Origin: a virus
Taxonomy: Duplodnaviria > Caudoviricetes
Virus record (IMG/VR): IMGVR_UViG_3300011258_000040
Coordinates: 1 to 26,040 of that record
Strand: one strand, 5' to 3'
Length of the DNA: 26,040 bases
The translations under genes were made by a program, and so were the position numbers. The notes below the pieces were generated by a model. It ran no database searches and was not told where the DNA came from. It saw nothing but the letters and a program-made list of their open reading frames with translations. Positions 1 to 7,085 of this stretch are shown here, piece after piece; positions within the stretch are counted from its first letter, which is position 1; each line of letters begins with the position of its first letter.

Positions 1-135
1 AAAAGCATAGAAGAAATGAAAAAAGAAATTAAGTCGTTAAGACAAGATGTTTCTATGGGTAAAGGTGGACTTAAAGTTATCTTAGCTGTTGGGACAGTCA
101 TTGTTGGAATACTAGGTTATTTTAACTTTAAATAA
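1..135 (+). CDS. 3' end of small coiled-coil plus C-terminal transmembrane protein (partial; holin/XhlA-like architecture possible)
   Basis: Frame 1 is open from base 1: KSIEEMKKEIKSLRQDVSMGKGGLKVILAVGTVIVGILGYFNFK*. Hydrophobic C-terminus. Confidence 0.6.
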   Translation, partial: KSIEEMKKEIKSLRQDVSMGKGGLKVILAVGTVIVGILGYFNFK

Positions 136-136
136 A

Positions 137-268
137 ATGATTGACAGATTTTTTTACAATTTCTTTAGTGCAATAGATAATGCTTTTGGATGGTTAGAAA
201 AATTATTTATAAAAAATGAGAGACACAAAATTATTAGAAAAACATCACGAAAAACAACAACAAAATAA
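137..268 (+). CDS. small hypothetical protein (43 aa)
   Basis: Hand-translated MIDRFFYNFFSAIDNAFGWLEKLF.... Starts 1 nt after the upstream stop and overlaps the next ORF. Confidence 0.4.
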   Translation: MIDRFFYNFFSAIDNAFGWLEKLFIKNERHKIIRKTSRKTTTK

Positions 269-392
269 AAAACAAAACGAATTATTTAAAAATTTAAAAA
301 AAGAAGTAAACATAGGTGCTAACGGTACGCAAAGTTACACTATAAAAAAAGGTGTAAACATGGGTAAAGAGGTTAGTAAATGTTTAAAATAG
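216..392 (+). CDS. small hypothetical protein (58 aa)
   Basis: Hand-translated MRDTKLLEKHHEKQQQ...EVNIGANGTQSYTIKKGVNMGKEVSKCLK*. Fills the gap before the 380 ORF. Confidence 0.55.
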   Translation: MRDTKLLEKHHEKQQQNKKQNELFKNLKKEVNIGANGTQSYTIKKGVNMGKEVSKCLK

Positions 393-589
393 TTGCATTA
401 ATTTGTGTACTAAATGTTAGTGGACAAAACTTATGCATGACTGGTGATTTACCTTTAACAGGTAAGTTACAAACAGAAGAAGATTGTAGTAATACCATGT
501 TAGCTATAGGTAATGCTGTAAATGACGAATTTGTTGAAAGACAAATTTATATATCAATGAAATGTGAAAAACTAGGAGATAAAGTATGA
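380..589 (+). CDS. hypothetical protein with hydrophobic N-terminus and four Cys
   Basis: ORF track; GAGG RBS upstream; stop overlaps the next ATG (ATGA). Confidence 0.7.
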   Translation: MFKIVALICVLNVSGQNLCMTGDLPLTGKLQTEEDCSNTMLAIGNAVNDEFVERQIYISMKCEKLGDKV

Positions 590-708
590 TAATATTCGGA
601 GATACTCCAACATTCTGGAGAAATAAAATTAAAATTTATTTAATGAATACAGACAAAAAAATGCTAGCGGCATTTGTAGCTTGGTCTGTGTTTTTATGGT
701 GGTTATAA
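586..708 (+). CDS. small membrane peptide (40 aa)
   Basis: AGGAG RBS; MIIFGDTPTFWRNKIKIYLMNTDKKMLAAFVAWSVFLWWL*. Confidence 0.6.
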   Translation: MIIFGDTPTFWRNKIKIYLMNTDKKMLAAFVAWSVFLWWL

Positions 709-711
709 TCT

Positions 712-1143
712 ATGCCATTTGAAATGATAACTATGCTTGGCTCTACTGTATTAGGTGGAGTAATGAGTATTTGGTCACAAAGTATCAAAGCTAAACAAGC
801 AGAACAAAAGATGCTTATACAAAGAGCACAAGTTCAACAACAAGGTTTTAAAGAAGCAAGAGAATACGATAATAAAGGTTTTCAGTGGACTAGAAGAATT
901 ATAGCTTTAACTGCTGTATTCGCTATAGTATTATTACCTAAATTAATGCCAATATTTCAACCAGATGTAAGTGTAATTGTAGGTTATTTAGAATTTAAAC
1001 CTGCTTTTTTCTTTATACCTGAAAAAGAAATAATGAAATGGGTAACACTATCTTCTAATAGTTTGGTTATTACACCATTAGATACTAATTTAGTATCAGC
1101 TATTATTGGATTATACTTTGGTGGTTCATTGGTTAAAAAATAA
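712..1143 (+). CDS. membrane protein, 3 hydrophobic segments (holin-like candidate)
   Basis: Hydrophobic N-terminus, WTRRIIALTAVFAIVLLP segment and C-terminal LVSAIIGLYFGG; located in the late lysis/packaging region. Confidence 0.6.
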   Translation: MPFEMITMLGSTVLGGVMSIWSQSIKAKQAEQKMLIQRAQVQQQGFKEAREYDNKGFQWTRRIIALTAVFAIVLLPKLMPIFQPDVSVIVGYLEFKPAFFFIPEKEIMKWVTLSSNSLVITPLDTNLVSAIIGLYFGGSLVKK

Positions 1144-1146
1144 TTT

Positions 1147-1512
1147 ATGAAAATATCACAAGACACCCCAGTAAGCATGCCTATTAAAAACATGATAGGT
1201 ATTATAGCAGGTGTTGTTATGGGCGTATTTGGGTATACAGAAGTAACAGCTAGGCTTACGTCTTTAGAAACTTCAAGAGAACTGTTTCAAGCTGACCTAC
1301 TCAAAAAATCAGAACAAAAACCTACTGACCAAGAACAATTTATGTTGATTGAAAGCTTATATGCTGATGTAGAAAAATTAACTGCAACACAAGAGCAAAA
1401 CATGACTAACAAAGTTAATATAGAATTTCTTAAATCTCAATTAGAAAAAGCATTATTAGATATTGAACATTTAAAAGAAAAGGTTAGAGCAAATGGAAAC
1501 GGTCATCAGTAG
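1147..1512 (+). CDS. N-terminal TM plus coiled-coil hypothetical protein
   Basis: MIGIIAGVVMGVFGY hydrophobic segment followed by heptad-like helical sequence. Confidence 0.7.
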   Translation: MKISQDTPVSMPIKNMIGIIAGVVMGVFGYTEVTARLTSLETSRELFQADLLKKSEQKPTDQEQFMLIESLYADVEKLTATQEQNMTNKVNIEFLKSQLEKALLDIEHLKEKVRANGNGHQ

Positions 1513-1711
1513 TGTAATTGCTCTTTGTATGTTTATAGCAGGTGAATTAACAGAACACAGAATACAACCCGCTATGTCAGATTGCCTAAAAGGTAAACGT
1601 GTTGCTGAACGTAATGCAAATGATAACATAGAATACAAATGTGGAAAAGTAAAAGCTGAACTTGAAGAAAATATAGATGGTTCAAAAGCAATTAAAAAGA
1701 TAATAGAATAA
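1493..1711 (+). CDS. hypothetical protein with signal-like N-terminus
   Basis: ORF track; overlaps the previous gene; stop is coupled to ATG 1711. Confidence 0.65.
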   Translation: METVISSVIALCMFIAGELTEHRIQPAMSDCLKGKRVAERNANDNIEYKCGKVKAELEENIDGSKAIKKIIE

Positions 1712-1836
1712 TGGCTAAAAAATTTAAAGAATTTGAAGTAAGAGAAAAACCTAAGAAGAGAAAAGGAATACATGTTAAACGACCAAACAAAAGAAGTACC
1801 TTCAAAAAGTACAACAGACAAGGAAGACCACAATAA
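1711..1836 (+). CDS. small highly basic peptide (41 aa) overlapping the terminase small subunit
   Basis: TAATG coupling; MAKKFKEFEVREKPKKRKGIHVKRPNKRSTFKKYNRQGRPQ*. Confidence 0.55.
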   Translation: MAKKFKEFEVREKPKKRKGIHVKRPNKRSTFKKYNRQGRPQ

Positions 1837-2029
1837 TTTAGATAACATTATTAAAGAGTTACCTGAATTACTGGTTAAACACGCATATTCAAAATTAAAG
1901 TCAGGACAAGAGTTGACTGCTTCAGAAATGAAAGTGTGTCTTGAGGTTTGTAAGACTTATAGTACAGATAGTCTACAAAAGAAACCTGATAACATACTAG
2001 ACGAAGTACCTTTTGATACAGATGAATAG
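1772..2029 (+). CDS. terminase small subunit (T7 gp18-like)
   Basis: 85 aa, directly upstream of and overlapping TerL; LKSGQELTASEMKVCL helix pattern and acidic ...DEVPF tail typical of gp18; AAGGA RBS. Confidence 0.7.
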   Translation: MLNDQTKEVPSKSTTDKEDHNNLDNIIKELPELLVKHAYSKLKSGQELTASEMKVCLEVCKTYSTDSLQKKPDNILDEVPFDTDE

Positions 2030-3662
2030 TAAACTTAAAAATTTTAAAAACTTTTTATATCTTTGTTGGAAACATTTAAATCTTCCAGAACCAACACCAA
2101 TACAATATGATATAGCTGACTATCTACAGTCTAAAGAAAAAAGACTTGTAATAGAAGCATTTAGAGGTGTAGGTAAATCTTGGATTACTTCAGCATTTGT
2201 ATGTCACCAATTATTACTTAATCCGCAACGTAATATACTTGTAGTATCTGCATCTAAAAGCAGGGCTGATGATTTTAGTACATTTACACAAAGATTAATA
2301 GGTGAAATGCCTATATTACAACATTTACAACCTAGAGACAATCAAAGACACTCTAAGGTTAGTTTTGATGTAGCTCCGGCTACAGCTTCACACGCACCCT
2401 CAGTTAAATCTATGGGTATCACAGGACAACTTACAGGGTCACGTGCTGATTTAATTATTGCTGATGACGTAGAGAGTGCTAACAACTCTCAGACACAGTT
2501 AATGAGAGATAGATTAGGTGAAACAGTAAAAGAATTTGACGCAATCATAAAACCTGAAGTAGGACGTATTATATTTCTAGGCACACCACAAACAGAAATG
2601 TCATTATACAATGATTTGGAAGAACGTGGTTTTAAAACTAAAATATGGACAGCTTTATATCCTAGTAAAGAACAATTAACAGGTTATGGGCATAAGATAG
2701 CTCCAATGATTGCAGATATAACAGATAAAGAAGGTAAGCCTACAGACCCTAAGAGATTTGATGAAGTAGACTTATTAGAACGTATGTCTTCGTACGGACG
2801 TTCAGGGTTTAATTTACAATTCATGTTAGACACAACAATGTCTGACGCTAATAGATACCCTTTAAAACTTAACGATTTAATTGTATTATCAGGTTGTTCT
2901 AAATGGACAGAAGCTCCGGCTAAAGTACAATGGGCATCATCTCCAGAACAGATGAAAGCTATTGACCCTGAGATACCAAATGTAGGTTTAAAAGGTGACT
3001 ACTACGTGGCACCAATGCATATTAGCCCTGAGTTTACGCCTTTTGAGGGGTCTGTTATGTCAATTGACCCTTCTGGTCGTGGGGAAGACAAAACAGCGTA
3101 TGCGGTGCTTAAAATGCTTCATGGAGTGCTTTATTTGACCGCCATAGGTTCTTTAGATGGTGGTTACAGTGATGATACTATGGCTAGGTTGTCTCAAATT
3201 GCTAAACAACAAGATGTTAACTATGTGGTAATTGAGAGTAACTTTGGTGATGGTATGGCTACACAACTACTAAAACCTATTATGGCTAGAATACACCCAT
3301 GTGAGATAGAAGAAGTAAGACATAATATACAAAAAGAAAAACGTATTATAGATACTTTGGAACCCATTATGAATAGTCACAGGCTAGTTGTTGATGATTT
3401 AATTATAAAAGAAGACTTTAAACTAGAACCTGACCATCAGTTATTTAGACAGATGACTAGGCTAACTAGAGACAAAGGAGCTTTAAGACATGATGACCAA
3501 ATTGATGCTTTGGCTATTGCCGCTAATTATTGGGTACAACGTATGGACAGAGACCAAATATTATCGTACAACCAACACAAAGAAGATTTACTTGATGCAG
3601 AGCTCGAAAGATTTATGGAGACAGCCATTGGTAAAGAACCAGAAGAGGACAGATTTATATAA
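2022..3662 (+). CDS. terL: terminase large subunit (T7 gp19-like DNA maturase B)
   Basis: Walker A AFRGVGKS, GSRADLIIADDVE, LGTPQT, nuclease IDPSGRGED and HDDQIDALA. ATG 2022 preferred over TTG 2013. Confidence 0.97.
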   Translation: MNSKLKNFKNFLYLCWKHLNLPEPTPIQYDIADYLQSKEKRLVIEAFRGVGKSWITSAFVCHQLLLNPQRNILVVSASKSRADDFSTFTQRLIGEMPILQHLQPRDNQRHSKVSFDVAPATASHAPSVKSMGITGQLTGSRADLIIADDVESANNSQTQLMRDRLGETVKEFDAIIKPEVGRIIFLGTPQTEMSLYNDLEERGFKTKIWTALYPSKEQLTGYGHKIAPMIADITDKEGKPTDPKRFDEVDLLERMSSYGRSGFNLQFMLDTTMSDANRYPLKLNDLIVLSGCSKWTEAPAKVQWASSPEQMKAIDPEIPNVGLKGDYYVAPMHISPEFTPFEGSVMSIDPSGRGEDKTAYAVLKMLHGVLYLTAIGSLDGGYSDDTMARLSQIAKQQDVNYVVIESNFGDGMATQLLKPIMARIHPCEIEEVRHNIQKEKRIIDTLEPIMNSHRLVVDDLIIKEDFKLEPDHQLFRQMTRLTRDKGALRHDDQIDALAIAANYWVQRMDRDQILSYNQHKEDLLDAELERFMETAIGKEPEEDRFI

Positions 3663-3663
3663 T

Positions 3664-4203
3664 ATGGAAAATACTTATAAAGTAGACTGGAAGTTTATAT
3701 CCGGTTTAGAAGGAAATAATCACCATAAAGGCTATCAACCTACAGCTAACAGTGGTGTTACAATAGGTATTGGCTTTGATTTAAAAGACAAAACACCTCA
3801 AAGTCTAAAAGCTATGGGTTTTGATGACCTTTTAATACAGAGATTAGAGCCATATTTAGGTCTTACAGGCTCAAAAGCTAAAGGATTAGCTAAGAATTTA
3901 ATAATGACTGACCAAGAAACAGACACTATTAATACATTGTCTAAGGCTTTTTACACAAGTGATATAGCTAAACAATACAATAAAGTGGCTAATGGTAGTA
4001 AATTTACCGATTTAACAGCCGCACAGCAGACTGTAATAGCGTCTGTAGGGTTCCAATATGGTTCCCTTAGTAGAACGCCTAACTTTCTATCTGCCGCAGT
4101 TGAAGGTAGATGGTCAGATGTTGTCAAAGAATTGAATAACTTTGGAGATGACTTCAAGACTAGAAGAGAAACTGAAGCGCTCTATTTGTCGGACAGAATG
4201 TAA
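3664..4203 (+). CDS. pesticin C-terminal-like muramidase / endolysin
   Basis: VDWKFISGLEG...GYQP..NSGVTIGIGFDL and QTVIASVGFQYG...TPNF...W...L..FGD...RR..EA motifs of T4-lysozyme-fold pesticin-like muramidases. ATG 3664 lies just after the TerL stop; the 3490 start is rejected. Confidence 0.8.
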   Translation: MENTYKVDWKFISGLEGNNHHKGYQPTANSGVTIGIGFDLKDKTPQSLKAMGFDDLLIQRLEPYLGLTGSKAKGLAKNLIMTDQETDTINTLSKAFYTSDIAKQYNKVANGSKFTDLTAAQQTVIASVGFQYGSLSRTPNFLSAAVEGRWSDVVKELNNFGDDFKTRRETEALYLSDRM

Positions 4204-4501
4204 TATCTCAGGAATATTTTATAGAAAATTCTGAGGTGGTATATCACTGTAGCGGCACCCGAGTTTCCCCCATACAATCACCAGTTGCGTGGCTGTAAGT
4301 GTCCCCTGAGTGAACTTTGTGTACACCTGAGCAAGGTATATATAGCAGTGAGAAGGTAAAACGGCGGCGGCGGTATACATAAAGAAATATCTAGGCGTGT
4401 CTTCGTGCTCGTCTGTTTTTTTAGTTTGGTACACCTAGTATACACATAGAATACGCATAGACTACATATAGTATACACGTTGTAATACATACTATATCTA
4501 T

Positions 4502-4519
4502 TAAGGTTCCCGTATAAGA
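4502..4519 (+). promoter_or_regulatory. putative phage RNAP promoter (origin/packaging-type)
   Basis: TAAGGTTCCCGTATAAGA matches the copies at 7731 and 10242. Confidence 0.7.
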
Positions 4520-4571
4520 TATATAAAAGTCAATACAGTGTATACTATGTGTATATATGTATGTGTGTATG

Positions 4572-4630
4572 TACTCAGGGTATACTTAGGGTATATACTC
4601 AGGTGTCTTAGGTGTACTAAGTGTATATAC
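4572..4630 (+). repeat. tandem degenerate short repeats (tac-tYagg-gta/tg)
   Basis: tactcagggta / tacttagggta / tatactcaggtg / tcttaggtg / tactaagtg. Confidence 0.75.
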
Positions 4631-4680
4631 ACCTTATAACTATTCTAATGTAAGTATAGAATAGAGGTGTCTGTTTTTTT
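4629..4680 (+). terminator. hairpin plus U-tract terminator
   Basis: acacct/aggtgt and ctattcta/tagaatag stems followed by ctgttttttt. Confidence 0.55.
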
Positions 4681-4963
4681 CTTAGTCATGCATATCGTGC
4701 ATACCTGTTATGCAAAAATAACATTGGTGTTTAAAATTGTATCTGATATTGTGTTTTTATGTTCAATAATTTAAATACTTACCAAGTGCTAACAGCAGTG
4801 ACAGAAGGCTTAAGCTTAAGTTTTAAATTGTTTCTGACAGCCTCAGCATCATAGAGGTCACACGGGTGTGACAGCCCCAAATAAGTCGGACACCGCACCA
4901 GTAGAAATACGAGCCGGTCTAGCGCTTCAGCGTGATTGCTTTGAGCCAGTACAAACAAAATTA

Positions 4964-5019
4964 TGTTTGTCTCATATTATCAATATGACTGATGAGCTAC
5001 AGTAACAGCGAAACAAACA
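4964..5019 (+). ncRNA. hammerhead ribozyme 1 (type III), predicted cleavage after C4971
   Basis: tgttt-GTC^ tcatatt-atc-aatatga CTGATGA gct-acagtaac-agc GAAA c-aaaca. Complete core with stems I, II and III all pairing. Confidence 0.9.
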
Positions 5020-5033
5020 AACTGAGGTTTATT

Positions 5034-5276
5034 ATGAATAAGCAAGAATTAAGAAAAACAATATTAGACAAAATAAACAAAGCTAAAAACGTTTATGTTC
5101 ACAATGGTTTTACAGAATTTTATTTTAAAACTATTAAATCTGATATGTTATATCACTTTAGAAAAACTTACAAAGAAGCTAATTATAACGGCAATCAATT
5201 GCACCTTTTAGAATGGTTAAACGATTTCAATGACCGTGCAACACTGAATGATGACGGTGATTTAATGTTTGACTAA
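5034..5276 (+). CDS. early hypothetical protein (80 aa)
   Basis: GAGG RBS before ATG 5034. The track's 4992 ATG lies inside the ribozyme core. Confidence 0.75.
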   Translation: MNKQELRKTILDKINKAKNVYVHNGFTEFYFKTIKSDMLYHFRKTYKEANYNGNQLHLLEWLNDFNDRATLNDDGDLMFD

Positions 5277-5285
5277 TAATCAACG

Positions 5286-5310
5286 GGCGGCGCTCTTAAT
5301 GAGCGTTGCC
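5286..5310 (+). other. GC-rich hairpin immediately 5' of hammerhead 2
   Basis: ggcggcgctc-ttaat-gagcgttgcc, 10 bp with two G-U pairs and no U-tract. Confidence 0.7.
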
Positions 5311-5311
5311 G

Positions 5312-5362
5312 GCTGTCTGACGTTGTCAACGTCACTGATGAGACTTATTAAGTCGAAACAGC
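5312..5362 (+). ncRNA. hammerhead ribozyme 2 (type III), predicted cleavage after C5317
   Basis: gct-GTC^ tgacgtt-gtc-aacgtca CTGATGA gactt-att-aagtc GAAA c-agc. Confidence 0.92.
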
Positions 5363-5384
5363 AAACAAACAAACTGAGGTTATT

Positions 5385-5549
5385 ATGAAATATAATCACA
5401 CTATACAAAAGATACTAACTCAACACCACGCTGACAAGTTTAAAAACAAAGTTAGTAAAGAGGAGCATTTTAGAAACTATGCTAAAGAAACAGACAAAAA
5501 CAAAAAAATTGAGATGTTAAGACAAGCGGCTCAAGAAGGGTGGATATAA
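5385..5549 (+). CDS. early hypothetical protein (54 aa)
   Basis: GAGG RBS; MKYNHTIQKILTQHHADKFKNKVSKEEHFRNY...AAQEGWI*. Stop is coupled to the next ATG. Confidence 0.75.
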   Translation: MKYNHTIQKILTQHHADKFKNKVSKEEHFRNYAKETDKNKKIEMLRQAAQEGWI

Positions 5550-5860
5550 TGGATATTGCACAAATCAATTTCCCAATCAAAGACAATGACGGCGTTAAGT
5601 TAAAAGCGCCGTTGTTAATTCAGAAAGAGCTATGCGCTAAATTTGGCGGATGTACCGCCTACAATGGCGCCGGCTCATGGGTCAATGAGCGTGGCAAGCT
5701 ATACGCTGAGCCAGTTAAGATAATACAGACAGCCTTTAAAAATAACTCTAAAAATAGATTGTTTTTAAAAAACTTAGTTAAGAAATACGGTAAACTATCA
5801 AAACAAGAAGCCGTTTATCTTGCTATTAATAACAATGCTGATATAATTAATATCAAATAA
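5549..5860 (+). CDS. early protein, PII-like / DUF3574-like fold; possible SAM lyase
   Basis: FGGCT...GAGSW....G....E and ...KQEAVYL pattern; TAATG-coupled start at 5549. Confidence 0.5.
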   Translation: MDIAQINFPIKDNDGVKLKAPLLIQKELCAKFGGCTAYNGAGSWVNERGKLYAEPVKIIQTAFKNNSKNRLFLKNLVKKYGKLSKQEAVYLAINNNADIINIK

Positions 5861-5885
5861 CAACCAAACATAGGAGCGTTAAAAC

Positions 5886-6146
5886 ATGAGTAAAAAACAA
5901 ATCGACCAAAAAAGTTTATATGTAGAAAAAAGCGGTGATAAAGAAATTTATTACAGTTATAATACGACTGTTGCGGTTAAAACACCTATTGATACGTACG
6001 TTTGTGAAAACGTATGGAGCATGACAACAGCTAAACACCTTAATCGTATTGAGGAGCTGACCGGTAGTGATAGAGAATACCGGATGAGATACAGCGACTT
6101 TAGACAATTTTGTAGAAATAACAACGTTAATAAATATTACATTTAA
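5886..6146 (+). CDS. early hypothetical protein (SYxTxVA...SxTTxKH type)
   Basis: AGGAG RBS; YSYNTTVAV...WSMTTAKHLN motif, recalled as common in small phage early proteins. Confidence 0.8.
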   Translation: MSKKQIDQKSLYVEKSGDKEIYYSYNTTVAVKTPIDTYVCENVWSMTTAKHLNRIEELTGSDREYRMRYSDFRQFCRNNNVNKYYI

Positions 6147-6307
6147 TGAACTTGTCAAATTTAAGAGGCGTCACTATTCAAAAAAATGTAGCCCTAAGCA
6201 TTATCAGGGCGCATGGCTGTGAATGTGAGCTTAGCGACTTTTATAAAAACTTAGGAAACAAACAAACCTATTCGGCTATAAAACTATATCACTGGTTAGG
6301 TTATTAA
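6146..6307 (+). CDS. early hypothetical protein (53 aa)
   Basis: TAATG coupling; MNLSNLRGVTIQKNVALSIIRAHGCECELSDFYKNLG...LYHWLGY*. Confidence 0.7.
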   Translation: MNLSNLRGVTIQKNVALSIIRAHGCECELSDFYKNLGNKQTYSAIKLYHWLGY

Positions 6308-6316
6308 TAATAAACA

Positions 6317-6377
6317 GAGCGAAACAGCCCGCCATACGTGCGGGTTGTCTCATGGTTAAGCCATGACTGATGAGCTC
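6317..6377 (+). ncRNA. hammerhead ribozyme 3 (type II permutation), predicted cleavage after C6349
   Basis: gagc GAAA cagcccgc-catacgt-gcgggtt-GTC^ tcatgg-ttaag-ccatga CTGATGA gctc. Stem II (gagc/gctc) closes the two ends. Confidence 0.92.
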
Positions 6378-6414
6378 AGTAAGTTCAAACAACCAAACAT
6401 AGGAGCGTAGCAAT

Positions 6415-6546
6415 ATGAATATGCTATTTAAAATAATATATAACTATCTACACGAAAAAATGCTCGCTGATGAGCAAGCTTTTAGAAATAAAAGATTAGC
6501 CGTGAGAATGAAGTTAAACAACGGTTACAGCAAGGCGGGTCACTAA
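6415..6546 (+). CDS. early hypothetical protein (43 aa)
   Basis: AGGAG RBS; MNMLFKIIYNYLHEKMLADEQAFRNKRLAVRMKLNNGYSKAGH*. Coupled to the next ATG. Confidence 0.7.
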   Translation: MNMLFKIIYNYLHEKMLADEQAFRNKRLAVRMKLNNGYSKAGH

Positions 6547-6854
6547 TGCCTAATATCGTTGTATCTAACTTTATTAATGAGCGTTGGGTTGACCGGCTGT
6601 ACCAAAATTTTAATAAGTCAGTATACTTGTTAAAACCTGATGGAACTGTTGACCCTTGCAAAGTAAAAAAGGTAAAATCAAAATACTATTTAACCAGTAC
6701 GGGTAAATGGTTTAATAGTTCCGGCATGCGTATAGATGAGCCCGCCGGTCTTGATAAACGAGCGGAGCTTAGCAAGTTTCACTCTGAGCTTGAGAAAGCT
6801 GAGATTGACGCTAAGTTTCAAAAACTAAAACAAACAATAACAAAAGGACATTAA
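6546..6854 (+). CDS. early hypothetical protein
   Basis: ORF track; translationally coupled start. Confidence 0.8.
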   Translation: MPNIVVSNFINERWVDRLYQNFNKSVYLLKPDGTVDPCKVKKVKSKYYLTSTGKWFNSSGMRIDEPAGLDKRAELSKFHSELEKAEIDAKFQKLKQTITKGH

Positions 6855-6855
6855 T

Positions 6856-7083
6856 ATGTACATAGAGATGTCAAACTTAAAAATAACTGAAGTTGAAGTT
6901 AAAAACGGTGAGCGTAAAAAAGGTAAATGGGTTGATTATAAAAAACCTATTGAAGTTCCAAAAGTTGTATTTGAGGATAGTTATACAAATTTAATGGATG
7001 TTGCTTCAGAAATAAAACATGCCGCACAGCGTAGCCCGCAAAACAAAATAATTGTGACGTTTGAAGTTAATGCTGAGTGGTAA
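6856..7083 (+). CDS. early hypothetical protein
   Basis: ORF track; AAGGA RBS. Confidence 0.8.
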   Translation: MYIEMSNLKITEVEVKNGERKKGKWVDYKKPIEVPKVVFEDSYTNLMDVASEIKHAAQRSPQNKIIVTFEVNAEW

Positions 7084-7085
7084 AA

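Larger units (their letters stand above)
4204..4700. other. non-coding genome-end / terminal-repeat junction region
   Basis: About 0.5 kb with no credible ORF between the last late gene and the early region, matching the T7 gene order at the right-end/left-end junction. Exact termini are not visible. Confidence 0.7.

Noticed and set aside
3490-3663. N-terminal extension of the muramidase ORF
   Set aside because: It overlaps the conserved TerL C-terminus; the domain begins after ATG 3664.
4219-4490. Minus-strand ORFs 4219-4434 and 4278-4490
   Set aside because: Low-complexity, repeat-derived sequence with no RBS, opposite to all other genes.
4430-4630. CRISPR array
   Set aside because: Repeats are only 6-12 nt, degenerate, and lack unique spacers of regular length.
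4725-4780. Host sigma70 early promoter (e.g. TTGGTG-N17-TATTGT)
   Set aside because: One is expected here, but the matches are weak and ambiguous in AT-rich DNA, so it cannot be placed reliably.
4781-4950. tRNA gene or attP site
   Set aside because: No cloverleaf or T-loop GTTCRA motif was found, and there is no integrase nearby.
4992-5033. N-terminal extension of the 4992-5276 ORF
   Set aside because: The ATG is part of the hammerhead core CTGATGA; the RBS supports ATG 5034.
6467-6490. CTGATGAG...GAAA inside ORF 6415-6546 as a fifth hammerhead
   Set aside because: No stem II closes onto GAAA, and no stem I/III surrounds an NUH triplet. Other CTGATGA hits in terL, DNA polymerase, exonuclease and nrdA also lack stems and are just Asp-containing codons.
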